Position numbers and translations under genes: made by a program. From NCBI GenBank assembly GCA_030390025.1, contig CM059432.1:74092001-74156000 (forward strand): DNA of 64,000 nt, in the 5' to 3' direction. The notes under the pieces are model-generated. The model saw only the letters and a program-made list of their open reading frames with translations, searched no databases and was not told the DNA's origin. Below, piece by piece: positions 24,581-37,542 of the stretch (the first letter of the stretch is position 1; every line of letters starts with the position of its first letter). Source of the DNA: Squalus acanthias (Eukaryota).

Positions 24581-27500
24581 TTGGGTACTTGGTGGTTCCC
24601 TGAGGTCATTGGCGTGGACTCGAATGGTTTGAACTAGTTTCTCACACACGCACCGCGGCGGCTGCCGCCGCTCTGAGGGTCAGGGGGAGGGAATGGGCAA
24701 GGAGAGGGGTCCAAGGGGCAGAGATAAAGGGGCTAAGGAGAGATGCGATAAGGAGGGAAGAGGCTTTAAAAAAACAATTCTTGCTCCTTTTGAGGGGCGA
24801 ACTGTTCAACTTCAAGCTCAAACGGCGTGTTTAATGTTTCCGTTACTGTTTCCTTTGCCAGTCGTATTTCGGTAACAACCACCAAAAGACAGAGATTAAA
24901 AACGCGCTTCTCTTTGTGGTCGGTTTCAGTCCTGCTTAGTTGTCGCTCTCTTTTGGTCCAGCCGGTGATTTTAATCTCTCCTTTTGATATAGGGGAAAGC
25001 GTGGTCTGAAAGAAGACCTCGGGTCTTTCGCAACAGAATCGAGTGTGTTGTCGGTGAGCTGGGCTTTTAGTCACTTTGTGTTTCTGTAAAGCCCAAACCA
25101 GACGTGAAACTGCAGATCGACTTTTTTCATTCATTCATTTGCACCGTCTTCAAAATAAGCCGATTGTTTCTTAAAAAAAAATCTTAAGTGTGCGCGCGTG
25201 TGTTTGTGTATATTTCAAAACTGAGTTCAGGAGAGGACTGAAAACACGTGCATTTGTGAAAGTGTAAGGAGAAAAAAAAAACCAAGGTGAAGGGGGCATT
25301 GGAGAATGTTAAGGGGAGGGGAAGATCCCACACGGCACTCGAGCACTCGCACAACATTTCACCACCAACCACCATCATCAAGGCTTAATCATCCATGTTT
25401 GTCGTTGTCTTCGGCGGCAAGGACACACATTCACACATTGTAAACCTCTTTGTTCGAGGGGGTGGGGGGAGAACATGCGCACACACTTTTAAAATAAAAA
25501 AAACTTACAGGTCAGCCTTCAGATTTCTGTTACCCACTGTATGTTCTGTGAATTTTCAAACTATTTCCATACGTTTCTCAGTAAACTAACTTTTTTCCCA
25601 TGAGGAGAGCAGGAGCTCTCCATTCGTTTGTTTGGTCAGCGTTTTCTCTCTGGACAGGCTGTACACAAAGAATCGCTCTTAACCTAAGATGGCAGCTTAA
25701 TTTGGCTCCGGTCATTGACAGTAATTATAAGAAAGACTGAAGCTATCCCGTCCTCTGGTTACGCCAAGTTTTTTTTCTCCTCTTCTGTTGTCTTAAGGAG
25801 TGAATCTGGATTGGTAGTTTTTTGGGGGGGGATTAAAATCGCTTTTCCCATAGTGGTGTAATGGTCATTGCAAATTTAGATTTTTTAAAAACATAACCGT
25901 CTGTTTTGAAAAAGTGGCTTTAAGTGCACTGGAAATAAGCTGTTAGCATGTTGAATGAGTGAGATTCGGAGAAATCTACCTGCCCTACAACGAGCTACCA
26001 TGCAAGGCTGTAGGGGTGTCGCTTCCAGCTATGGAGGTGGAATACAGTAGTGTAATATACCAGATGTATTTATGAAATCGAGGTGCAAATCGACTCTTAA
26101 TCCTAATATTAGGTTAGGTATAGTTAACCAAGTAGAATTTGTTATCTGACGACTAGATAGATGCATGGCACTGATGGTTGTAAAGAAATGAGTAGTGGTG
26201 AGCAGCCATTTAAGTTTTAAAAGGGGTCGACTCTCAATCTTTTGTTAGTGATATGGTATGTTTGTACTTTTCTTTCTATGCAGTTGTATTTTTTTAGAAA
26301 AAAAACCTTTTACAATGGTTTGAAGAACAATTCTGATTTTTACATTTGAAAAGATTTCTTCTTGCTCATCACTCCTGTCAGATGTTCTAAATTTGTAATA
26401 TGCAAATAGTATTTAGTGATACATGTATACATTTGTATATTGGTAAAGATTCATATTATAAATTACATTAAGTAATCTGTGAATGATTCTCTAAGATTGT
26501 CAGATCAATTACAGATATGGAAAATAGCTGTATGAGTCTGGGTAGATCATGGTGCTTACTTTGGTGCTTGAGTAGCTTATTTTGTATTCTAAGTCGTCAA
26601 CCTTGAATATTAACTTTTATAAAATAGCTTGTAGAGCTTTAAATTAGCACTAGTCCACAGATCAGCACAGGGATGCTTAGTTACGAGCAAGTGACATTGG
26701 GAGTGTAACTGGTCCAATGGAGCAGTGAATGCATTCTAATGACAGCACAGTTCACCTCCCTTCCTACTCTGCTTCCACACACTGGGAGCTAGCTTCTTGT
26801 CCAAGCTTTTTGCAAGTGTCCTTCATCAAAGTGTATGCAAGGTTACATTGTGAACTATGTTCTTACTGTGTTGGCAATCTACATTAGACTTGTAATTTCA
26901 GTCATCTGCTAGTGTGGTCTAGTGGTTTGGAGGTCTTAAGTTGTAGAAAGCCAAAAAAAAATACTTATCTGAGATGATGAATGTCGATACAAAATAGCAT
27001 GTCCAGTTGCATACGAACCTTTTTTTAAAAAAAACATTAACTTCTGAGATGAACATCTCTAGGAAACACTGGATAATGTAGGATATGACACCTGTTTTAC
27101 CTATCCAGACAGTGATCAGAGATTAATATTTTTTGTGTTAGGTATCAAATTTATGCGCTGTTGAACTGCGCACCCCTGCTACAAGAGCTTTTGGATATAC
27201 TTTTTGTGCAGGGTTTTAGTTTGTGCAAATTTATTGGAATCCAAGGTACAGAAGTCAAATTGAATAACTTCTTGTCCTAAAATGAACATAAAATAGGTGC
27301 CTCATGCTATTTCCACTGATGTAAACATTCAAACTGAGGCTGAGAAATGTAAGCGATGTACAAAACTTGGTTCTACAGATGTATTAAAGATTTGTTTTAT
27401 ATAGTTAATGATGGATTATATTTGGGTCCGTTTTGATTACTTGGATTTATGTGACATTTTTGTTAACATGTTTATGGAATGCAAGGTATCGATGCCTTGT

Positions 27501-27679
27501 TCAATCTGCGTCACCTCCACAGCACCAGTATTACCAGAAGAAACATTGAAGTTCATGCGCGTATGTGTAATTAAGTGAAATCGTACTGATATTTCATACT
27601 GGATGGCCTACTACAATCATTTCTCCACCACCCCCCCCTCCCGCAAAAAAAAAATCCCTCTTCTGTGCTGAAGGTGTTG

Positions 27680-27937
27680 AACATAAGAACAGGAGTAGGC
27701 CATTCAGCCCCCTCTCCACCATTCAGTTAGATCATGGCTGATCTGCACCTCAACTCTCTTTACCTGCATAGATGCCTTTAAGGGGAAGCTAAATAAGTAA
27801 ATGAGGAAGAAAGGAATAGAAAGATATGCTGATAGGATTAGATGAAGTAGGGTGGGAAGAGGCTCGTATGGAGCAGAAACATTGGCATAGATCAGTTGGG
27901 CCGAATGGCCTGTTTCTATGCTGTAAATTCTATGTAA
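27680..27937. mobile_element. Two CR1 3' tails in opposite orientation
   Basis: Minus tail 'aacataagaacaggagtaggccattcagccc' followed by plus tail '...gggccgaatggcctgtttctatgctgtaaattctatgt'. Confidence 0.8.
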
Positions 27938-29119
27938 AAATGCCTTTACTTACTAAAAACTGAAGTGTATATAAAGCTGCTATATGAATAGATATTCAGC
28001 TTTAAGGTTTTATTTTCTTGAAGTAAAAAAGTTATTAAATATAAGGAAAATAATTTAGTGAAAACTGCGCTGATTATCTTGATGGGTGTTTTTTCTTTAA
28101 CATTGTAAGTATGTAAATCAGTTATACTGACAATTCAAGTGCAGAACTCTTAGGGTTCTTAACTTTATTGGAAAAACATTATATTAAGTAATGATACTTG
28201 ATGGAGTAGGTTCTCAATTGTCTTTGTGAACAAGAAGTTTTGAGATTTAATGTGAACTAATATTATCTGTTGTACTGTGGATTCTAAAATGGGTAAAAGT
28301 AGGAAAAAAGGTTAAGGAATTAGCAGATGACCTCCAAATCCGATCTATTGAAATTATCAGTTTATAAATCAGAGACAACTAGGTGTCCACTAACTTTAAT
28401 TTCTTCCATGAAACTTCAGATTGGCAACTTATTTTTGAACTTTTAAGTAACTGTAAAGATTATGTGCATCCTTCACGCAAAAAAATAAGGTGCACACTGA
28501 TTCTGCGCCCCTCCCTAATTCTACTTTATAATCAAGAATTTAGAGAAGCTTTATGAAATGAATAAGAGGTAAGGTGTTTGTCACAAGGATTAACTCATGA
28601 TATTTTGCTTTGAAAAAAATAAATTAAATTAAAGCGCTTTCTTATTCGTGGAAATATAATTGTGGTCTTCTGGTATTTAGTAGATAGGATGCTATATGTT
28701 CGACTTCAGTTAAAACGTATTTAGTATAGTTGAACATAGAGGATTCCCAACTGATTTTCTCTCAATACTTGTGATATGGGTAGCAATGGCCTTTTCTGTT
28801 GCACCACAATTAAGCAGAGCAGCACTAAAGTTAATACTGAAACTTTTAATGGAACACCCGAATGTTGCAAACTATAGGAATGGGCTGTGTATCTTCTAAA
28901 TGAAGACCAGTTAAAGCAACAGGAGTATATATTCCAAATTTAGAATGTTAAGAAATTGTGTAATATTCAGCACCCATGTCGATGGCTATCAAAGGTTTCC
29001 CTAAATTTGGTCTTGTAGTTTACTTTATCGTGCATGTAATATTTTAAGAAAATAAAAACTCAAAATTGGAGACAATGTAACCAGTATGAAGATAGGCTAT
29101 CTACTTTTATTGCCAAAAG

Positions 29120-30160
29120 CTGTAGTGCTTTCCCACCTCCCTCCTTGTTTACCCTGACTTCTTTGCTGCCTTTGACACAGTTGACCACACTATCCTCCTC
29201 CAATGCCTCTCCTCCATTTTCCTGCCCTCACAATGTTACCTCTGAAGTTCCCCAAGGATATATCTTTTGCAGGCATGGGGTCAGCTTTTACATGTATGCT
29301 GATGACATCCAGTTTAACCTCGCTGCTACCAGTCTTGACTCCTCAACCACCATTGTGCTGTCTGACTGCTTGGTCAACATCAAGACCTAGATATGGAAGA
29401 ATTTTGTTCATCTCTTTCATCAGTGTCAAGACTGAAGCCATCTTGCTCCACACCCAGCTAAAACTGAGTGCCGTAGCACCCAACTCGCTCCCTCTTTTTG
29501 GCCGGTCCCTCAGATTGAACCTGGCTGCACAGCCTCTGTGTCCTGTTAACTTTGAGCTGAACATCAAACACCTCCAAGGCCACTACCTCATCCCCACTGC
29601 TGTTGAATTGCTTATATACAGCGTTATCACCTCCTAATTTTATTACTCCAGTGTGCTTTTGCCGGTTACCTGAGTTCTGCCCTGCATAAATTGTAACTCG
29701 TCCAAAAACTTTGTCTCCTGGATCTCATTCCACATTAAGTTCTGGTCCCTATTACTCCTGTGCTGGCCAAACTTTACTGGATCCCTATCAGTCTACACAT
29801 CAATTTTAATATCCTTGTTCTCATTTACTCATTCTCCCATTGCCTTACCCCTTCCTACCTCACATCTTCATTCATCCCTGTGTTTCTGTATCCGTTCTTC
29901 CAATTCCTTTATGCACCCCATCTCATTTTGCTCTACTTGCTGCAGAACTTTTGACTGTTTCAGCTCTGCACTTTGAAACATTCCCTAAATTCCTCAAACG
30001 GGATCTCTTTCTCCCATTCCTCAAAAGCATTCTCAAAACCCACCTCTTTGCTCTTGCTTTTGATCACTACCCTTAATCCTTTTCTTTGGTTCTGTTTTTT
30101 TGTTTCTGTGAAGCACTTTGGGACATTCTATTGCATTAAAGGTGCTATATAAGTGTAAGT
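29120..30160 (+). mobile_element. Old L2 LINE fragment
   Basis: EVPQG..HGVSFYMYADDIQF, with L2 tail aaaggtgctatataagtgtaagt. Confidence 0.85.
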
Positions 30161-30413
30161 GATCTTTAGTAATTTAAAAAGGAATTCTGTTCAGGATTAT
30201 ACTGGAGATAAGTATATGATTGATTATGTGGATGATAAAGCTGTAAGGAAGTGTGTGATGCATGCTTTTTTGAAATTGCAACTGTACATGTATTGCAACA
30301 GTGTTACAACACACTTACATAATCCTACTATTAAGTGTAAATGGTATAGTGCATTATGGTACGTAGTGATAGTAAATTAACTTTAATGTGTTGCTTGGGT
30401 GGGAATTGAGATA

Positions 30414-30723
30414 CAGGTTGAGCGTCCCAAAACCGGCAACCTCGGGACCGAGGCCGAGCCGGTTTTCGGGTTTTTCCGGACTTCGGAAAATATTTCTGAT
30501 GTCCGAAGTCCAGAAACGCCCGAGCCCAGGTTGCGATATTTCCGGACTTCGGACATCAGAAACGTGCCGAGTCCGAAAATGCCTGGGCCCAGGTTGCGCT
30601 ATTTCCGTTTTTTGTTAAGCCTCCCTCAGGGTGTCCGGATTCCGGAACATTTTACGGATTCCGGACCCCTGCCACCAATCGGTCCGGATTCCGGAACATT
30701 CTGGATTCGGGACGCTCAACCTG
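30414..30723. mobile_element. Tigger/pogo-type MITE, 310 bp, young
   Basis: Perfect 15-bp TIRs CAGGTTGAGCGTCCC and GGGACGCTCAACCTG. TA target-site duplication at 30412-30413 and 30724-30725. CpG-rich with internal repeats. Confidence 0.93.
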
Positions 30724-30774
30724 TACTATAGAAAATATCTAGACCAATTATGTGCTTCCTGAAACATTTTATTT

Positions 30775-31150
30775 TTGTCCTCTGCTGAAGGTGTTGATTC
30801 CTTGCAGGGATATTGCTCCATGGGTGATGGTTGCCGTCTAATATTCTCCTTGTGTGAACTTTTGACAGTGGCAGGCTATTTGACTGTGGGGGAAGGGAGA
30901 GAGGTGGCATTGCAGCCAAGCCCAATCCTGTTCCTACTTGGTGTCCACAAGTATGCTTCCAGCAAGAGTTGCTGGATAACGATCCAGAATAAGAATTTTG
31001 GCTTTTCTTTTCCCTTCCTAACTGCAGCCTATCTCTAACCTGGCTGAAATCAGTTAGCTCAACTTACACTGGGCATCTGAACTGGGCACTTACTGTTTTG
31101 GATGTTAAGCCACTTACTTGATTAATTTGCTAAGTTGATGAGCTAGTTTA
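30775..31150 (-). mobile_element. Ancient tRNA-derived SINE copy (19643 family)
   Basis: Reverse-complement similarity to 19643-20045, for example 'aagaattttggcttttcttttccc' and 'aaatcagttagctca'. Confidence 0.55.
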
Positions 31151-32019
31151 GAAAAATATGACTGTTTTGTGTATCAGTAGTCATGCAGTGCTTACTGGAT
31201 AACCCCCCCCTCCCCCTCCCCTGGGCTTCAAGATCTCCAGCAAACCTCAAATGTTCCTGAGCTTTTGCTGTGCATCCATGTAAAAGTGAAATCGAATGTT
31301 CTAGACACCGTTGGCAAAACATTAGAACGTTGGACTTTTAGGGTTCAAGGAGCAGTAAAATACTAACTTTTTGTTTGTAAGCTTGGGAAGACAGGGTGTG
31401 ATGAATATGTTTATCTGGAAAGCTTTAAAGGGAATTTTGTGCTTGAATGTTAATAGAACCTAGGGCAGAAGCACAGCTTGCAGAAGAATATCTGTTGCAA
31501 GAACGAGTAATGTTAAAAGGAGTTATGGTAAATGACAACTTTGCCTATCTTGTAAGTGCTTCTGCCTCATCCACCAGACAGGTTAGTTACTGATTGTGAC
31601 CAGTACCATGTTTACATTCAGGTATTTGACCTCACTCTGAGTGCTAATCTGCAGCAAACCATGAATTGAATGGCAACAGCATTAATTTAGAGAAAGAGTG
31701 CTGTTCATAACATTGGCACTATTTGGAGGAAGATTAACCCCTTTTTCTGGAGTAGGGCAATCCTTTTGGTGAAATGTCATACTCTTTAAGGTTAAAACTT
31801 TGAAATTTGCATCTGAGTGTGCATATTGGATTTACTACCCTGAAGGTGGCAGTATAAATGGATACATTGTGCAGATTTTCACAATGCATGTGTGCGTTTT
31901 CTGGAATAAAAGGCTCTACAACCCATGCGATATTCTTAGCTAGCTCTTTCTTCTCTGTCTTCCCCTTGAAAAAATTCTCTAACTATACGTTTTTTTTCAC
32001 TTCCAGTTTCCTTCACTTT

Positions 32020-32360
32020 CTCCATTCCTCATTCCTCTCCTAAAGGCATTGAGTTATGCTGGGGTATGATTCTGAGCCCGGATGGCTCCCTCGTGTCTTG
32101 GTCAAGTTGCTGTTTTTCATGTGTGAGCCTGGACAGTAAGTGGTGGGCTGGTAGCCCACGGGGACGTTGAAGCTACGCCAGATCATGTTTGTGCTTGTGC
32201 AGTTCCATCAGGGGTCCCTGGATAATGACTTGGAATGGGAACATTGGCCAGTTTTTTTTAGCTAAGGCCAATTGTTGTGCTGCCACTATAGACTTTGAAT
32301 TGAACTTGGTAAGTATGGTTAAGTACTGCAACATGCATTGTATTTGCTCGCAGCCATCTG
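32020..32360 (-). mobile_element. Ancient tRNA-derived SINE copy (19643 family)
   Basis: 'cctctcctaaaggcattgagttatgctgggg...catgtgtgagcctggacagt...aaggccaattg' is shared with the 30775 and 33850 copies. Confidence 0.55.
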
Positions 32361-33184
32361 GAAAGTTGCAATGCTAAATTTAAATTATAAAAATGAGAGG
32401 ATATTTTATGGGTAACTACAATTATGGTAATGAAATAAGTTATCAGAATTTCTTCTTGAGGCTATTGCACTCCTTGTTATGATCTATTTTTAATATTTCA
32501 ACTGAGAATTCTATATTTTTGTGAGAAAAGCAATTGAAACAGGTTTGTGGTGCTATTGCAGTGGAAGTTATTTTCATTGGTATTTCTCACAGGTGTTACA
32601 GCCTGTACTTCATTTGCTTACTCTTGTGTTCTAATAGGAATATGGCAGATTGTACTAGCTCAGTTAAAAATGGGAATTTAGCTCTAGCATATGGTCAAAT
32701 AGTACCAGTAATCATGAGGTCAGGACTCTGATTCAATCAGTTTTCATCAGTTGAAAATCTGACTGTTCCAAATTCCTTTCAGATTATTTCAGACCATCAA
32801 AACCTTGCATGCATGGTGCAGTTCCATACAACTTGTATTAAGTACATAACACTTCTCCACTGTCTGGTACTTAGTACAAATTTATTTTGTATAATGTCTG
32901 AACAGTAAAAATGAGTTTTAAAAGTTTTTTTTTCTATTTACGAGAGGATTTTTACGGCTAGCTGTACGATTATGGTAATGATGTAATGTAAGTTACAAGC
33001 AGAATTTCTTGAGACTGTTGGATTTCACTGAGTAGCCATTGATTGCTGTCAAGATAATTAGCTATTACACTAGCTAAAATTACATTGAAATCTAAGACTT
33101 CTGAATACATTTTTTGTAATGAGTACATAATAACTATTGGCATGGGGGAAGACTGGGGGTGATGGGCCTTCCCTGTTTAACCAT

Positions 33185-33620
33185 TAGTCGCCAAGTCAAG
33201 GGAGACATTCAAGCCTAGAGAAAGTGCAGAGGCGAGCCGCAAGACTGATCTTTGACATCAGGATTGAACAGCAATGAGGAAATACTAGAAAACTTTGGCT
33301 CTTCGTCCTTCAAAGGAGGCAACTGAAAGGACCTAACAAATATACAAGATAGTAAACCATATAAAAAATCTGGAGTACAACTTCAAGGTAAACCATGACG
33401 GTGGGAAAGGGAGCACAGGTTCAAACTGGTGAAATTTAGGACTGATGTATCGAAGTTCTTCATGCAACAAGCAATCAAGGTTTGGAGTGGACTTTTCAGT
33501 AGGAAAGTGAAGGCAAAAAGTTTAGAATAATTTAAATGATCATTGAATCCTGTAACAGGGAAGAACAGTAGGCTTTTCTAGATTGATGAGCTAAGGTGGG
33601 CTGGACGTCCTCATTCATCT
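33185..33620 (+). mobile_element. Old CR1 3' fragment
   Basis: 'ctagagaaagtgcagaggcgagccgcaagactgatc' (LEKVQRRAARLI) and 'gggagcacaggttcaaactgg'. Confidence 0.65.
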
Positions 33621-33849
33621 AGTGCTCTTCAGTTTTAAAAAAATGGAGTGTTTTTTAAACTTTTCCTATGTTTTTAACTAGAAGTAGCAAACTTTGACTT
33701 GTTAAAAGGTGCTTATAATCTCCAGCAATCAGTAAAAAAAAAACATCCACTCACTTTAAAATGTTTTTTCCTTTCTGTGTAGATAAAATCAAGAATTAGT
33801 GCTTGACTTAGATGTTGGAGTCTGTATTTCCTTTTAATTATCATTCATT

Positions 33850-34745
33850 TTCCTCCCATTATCTTTCCTCTCCCAAAGGTGGTGACTCAAGCTGGAGTAT
33901 GAATTCTGGCTGCCCTCCTGTGACTGGTAGAATTACCACAATCTCTCTCTACTATTTTCAACCTCTGAAGGCAGTGAGTCATACTGGGGCATGGTTCCAC
34001 TGACCTTTGATTGCTGTCCAGTATCTTGCTTAAGTGGTGATGGTTCATGTGTGGGCTTAGTGAACATTGGCTATTCAACCATCAGGCAGCACTACAGCTA
34101 GGTCTGTTCCTGTCTTTGCCTGAAGTCTTTGCGGGCAACACGGTGGCATAGTGGTTAGCACTGGTGCCTCACAGCGCCAGGGACCCGGGTTCGAATCTGA
34201 CCTCGGGTGACTGTCTGTGTGGAGTTTGCACATTCTCCCCGTGTCTGCGTGGGTTTTCTCCGGGTGCTCCGGTTTCCTCCCACAGTCCAAAAATGTGTGG
34301 GTTAGGTTGATTTGGCTATGATAAATTGACCCTTAGTGTTAGGGGGGGATTAAATATGTGGGGTTATGGGGATAGGATGGGATATGTTAGGGGGAATTAA
34401 ATACGTGGGGTTACGGGGGTAGGGTGGGATATGTGTACTGTGGGGATTAAAGCAGGGACAGGGTACTGGACTTGGATGATCAGCCATGATCGTATTGAAT
34501 GGTGGAGCAGGCTCGACGGGCCGAATGGCCTACTCCTGTTCCTAGATTCTATGTTTCTATAAGTTCACACACGATCTTGCCTGCACAATAGCTAGATAGT
34601 GATCAGAATTGGTAACTCTGGCTGACTTTTTCCCTTCCTTTTTCCCCCTTTTATGTACAGGTGCTCTAAGGCCAATAGTGTTCTAGTGTATCCACGTCTG
34701 CGTATCCGCTAACAGTGCAGACCCAGGCTGGACCCTGGAATCTTT
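33850..34745 (-). mobile_element. Ancient tRNA-derived SINE copy hosting the younger V-SINE
   Basis: Same family blocks occur on both sides of 34133-34560. Confidence 0.55.
34133..34560 (+). mobile_element. V-SINE (HE1-like) with tRNA head, V core and CR1-derived tail
   Basis: A box TGGCATAGTGG, B box GGTTCGAATC, V-domain GTGTGGAGTTTGCACATTCTCCCCGTGTCTGCGTGGG. The tail is near-identical to the reverse complement of 44221-44335. Confidence 0.92.
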
Positions 34746-34749
34746 TAAG

Positions 34750-35042
34750 CAACATAGAGGTTCAAATCTCACTGGCAAATTGAAGCGCTGAATTTAATAA
34801 AATGGTAATTTGTGGCCTGACACCATGAAAGTTGATGGATTGTCATAAAAACCCAACTGGTTCACTAATGCCCTTCAGGGCAGGGACACTTAAATGCTCT
34901 CTGAAATGGTATAACAAGCCACTCAATTTCAAAGGAAAAAAACACATGATGGCTCTGCGATAACTTGTTCACAGTAACTAGGGATGACCAATAAATGTTG
35001 CCTTGCCAGTGTCCTACAAATCCCAGGAACAAAATTTTAAAA
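34750..35042 (+). mobile_element. Degraded SINE sharing its 3' tail with the adjacent LINE family
   Basis: B-box-like GGTTCAAATCT and core 'aaaaacccaactggttcactaatgcccttcaggg'. Tail 'agggatgaccaataaatgttgccttgccag' resembles 37480-37510. Confidence 0.6.
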
Positions 35043-35044
35043 GA

Positions 35045-37542
35045 TGTCTGTATGGCTGAGTTCCATTTGAGCAGTGAATTTACCTTCATGGAGCACAGAA
35101 TGTACTCTGGGTGGGGGACGTTCGTGTTCATCACCAAGAGTGGCTCAGTAGCTTGGCTACTGACGGAGCTGGCCGAGTCCTGAAGGACATAGCTGCCAGA
35201 CTGGGCTTGCGGCAGTTGGTGAGAGAAGCAACATGAGGGGAAAAGCCTACTTGACCTCGTCCTCACCAAGCTACCTGTTGCAGATGCTTCTCTCCATGAC
35301 AGTATTGGTAGGAGTGACCACCGCACAGTCCTTGAGACGAAGTCCTGTCTTCACACTGAGGGCCCCCTTCATTGTGTTGTGTGGCACTTCTACTGTCCTA
35401 AACAGGATAGATTCAGAACAGTTCTAGCAGCTCAAAACTGGGCATGCATGAGGCGCTGTGGGCCATCAGCAGCAGCAGAATTGTATTCCACCACAATCTG
35501 TAACCTCACGATCCACATATCCCTCACTCTACCATTACTATCAAGCCAGTGGACAAACCCTAGTTCAATGAGGAGTGTAGGAGTAGCACCAGACGTACCT
35601 AAAAATGAGGTGCCAACCTGGTGAAGCTACAACACAGGACTACATGCATGCTAAACAACGGAAGCAGCATGCTATAGACAGAGCTAAGCGATCCCACAAC
35701 CAACGGATCAGATCAAAGCTCTGCAGTCATGTCACATCTAGTTGTGAATGGCAGTGGACAATTAAACAGCTAACAGGAGGAGGAGGCTCCATGAGCATCC
35801 CCATCCTCAATGATGGCGGAGCCCAGCACGCTAGTGCAAAAGACAAGGCTGAAGCGTTTGCAACCATCTCTGCCTCCTCCTGAGGTCCCCACCATCACAG
35901 AAGTCAGTCTTCAGCCAATTTGATTCACTTCACGTGATAATCAAGAAATGGCTGAGCGCACTGGATACAGCAAATGCTATGGGCCCCAACAACATCCCAG
36001 CTGCAGTGCTGAAGACTTGCACTCCAGAACTAGCCGCACCTCTAGCCAAGCTGTTCCAGTACAGCTATAACACTGGCATCTACCAGACAAAGTGGAAAAT
36101 TGCCCAGTTATGTCCTGTCCACAAAATGCAGGACAAATCCAATCCAGCCAATTACCACCCTGTCAGCCTACTCTCAATCATCAGCAAAGTGATGGAAGGT
36201 GTCGTCGACAGTGCTATCAAGCGACACTTACCAATAACCTGCTCACTGATTGATGCTCAGTTTGGGTTCCGCCAGGACCACTCTGCTCCGGACCTCATTA
36301 CAGCCTTGGTCCAAACATGGGAAAAAGATCTGAATTCCAGAGGTGAAGAGAGTGACTGCCCTTGACGTCAAGGCAGCATTTGACAGAGTGTGGCATCAAG
36401 GAGCCCTAGTAAAATTTAAGTCAATGGGAATCGGGGAAAACTCCAGTGGCTGGAGTCATACCTAGCACAAAGGAAGATGGTTGTGGTTGTTGGAAGCCAA
36501 TCATCTCAGCCCCAGGTCATCGCTGCAGGAGTTCCTCAGGGCAATGTCCTAGGCCCAACCATCTTCAGCTGCTTCGTCAATTACCTTCCCTCCAACATAA
36601 GGTCAGAAGTGGGGATGTTCGCTAATGATTGCAGTGTTCATTTCCATTCGCAACTCCTCAGATAAAGAAGCCGTCTGTGTTCGCATGCAGCAAGACCTGG
36701 ACAACATTTAGACTTGGGCTGATAAGTGGCAAGTAATATTTGCGTCACAGAAGTGCCAGGCAATGACCATATCGAACAAGAGAGTGTCTAACTATCTCCC
36801 CATGACATTCAACGGCATTACCATCGGCAATCCCCCACCACCAACATCCTGGGGGTCACCACTAACCAGAAGTTTAACTGGGCCAAGTACCTAAATACTG
36901 TGGCTACAAGAGCAGGTCAGAGGCTGGGTATTCTGCAGCAAGTGATTCACCTCTTGACCAATGTTCCTGTAATTTTTTATGCACCGCGCGGCCCCTTTAA
37001 GGGGCTGCGCCGGACATTCAAAATACTGCGCATGCGCGGTTTTTCACATTGTAACAATGTGCAGCTCCAACGACACTCAAGAAGCTCGACACCATCCAGG
37101 ACAAAGCCCACTTGTTTGGCACCCCATCCACCACCTTAAGCAGTCACTCCCTCCACCACCGGTGCACTGTGGCTGCAGTGTCTACCATCTACAAGATGCA
37201 CTGCAGCAACTCGCCAAGGCTTCTTAGACAGCACCTCCCAAACCTGCGACCTCTAATTCCCAGAAGGACAAGGGCAGCAGGCGCATGGGAACACCGCCAT
37301 CTGCAAGTTCCTCCTCCAAGTCACACACCATCCTGACTTGGAAATGTATCGCGGTTCTTTCATCGTCGCTGGGCCAAAATTCTGGAACTCTCTCCCTAAC
37401 AGCACTGTGGGAGTACCTTCACCACGAGAACTGCAGTGGTTCAAGAAAGCAGGTCACCACCACCTTCTTGAGAGCAATTAGATATGGGCAATAAATGCTG
37501 GCCTTGCCAGCAATGCCCACATCCTGTGAATGAATAACAAAA
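35045..37542 (+). mobile_element. LINE (CR1/L2 group, distinct family) with endonuclease-RT remnants
   Basis: LLDLVLT-like endonuclease end, AMGPNNIP, NYHPVSLLSIISKVME, QFGFR, LDVKAAFDRVWH, GVPQGNVLGP and MFANDC. Tail ends aataaatgctggccttgccag...gaatgaataacaaaaa. Confidence 0.92.
36959..37060. mobile_element. One end of a probable hAT-like MITE inside the LINE
   Basis: Non-LINE CpG-rich insert starting CAATGTTCC, with palindromes gcgcggcccctt/aaggggctgcgc and tgcgcatgcgc. The second TIR was not found. Confidence 0.4.

Larger units (their letters stand above)
22900..25500 (+). promoter_or_regulatory. CHD7: CHD7 CpG-island promoter region
   Basis: Sharp rise in CpG density against a CpG-depleted background. 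CCAAT 23832-23836, octamer ATGCAAAT 23856-23863, E-box CACGTG 23890-23895, NRF1-like TGCGCGCACGCA 23910-23921. It is the only such island between RAB2A and the CHD7 coding exon. Confidence 0.85.

Noticed and set aside
23625..25134. Minus-strand ORFs over the CpG island as an antisense protein gene
   Set aside because: Stop-poor GC-rich and microsatellite sequence explains them. There is no homology evidence.
25843..25885. tRNA-like start TCCCATAGTGGTGTAATGGTCA
   Set aside because: No B box or cloverleaf follows.
30460..30710. CRISPR-like short repeats
   Set aside because: Irregular internal repeats of a TIR-bounded MITE in a vertebrate genome, with no constant repeat-spacer period.
34133..34210. 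Possible tRNA gene
   Set aside because: It is the tRNA-derived head of a V-SINE and lacks a proper acceptor stem.
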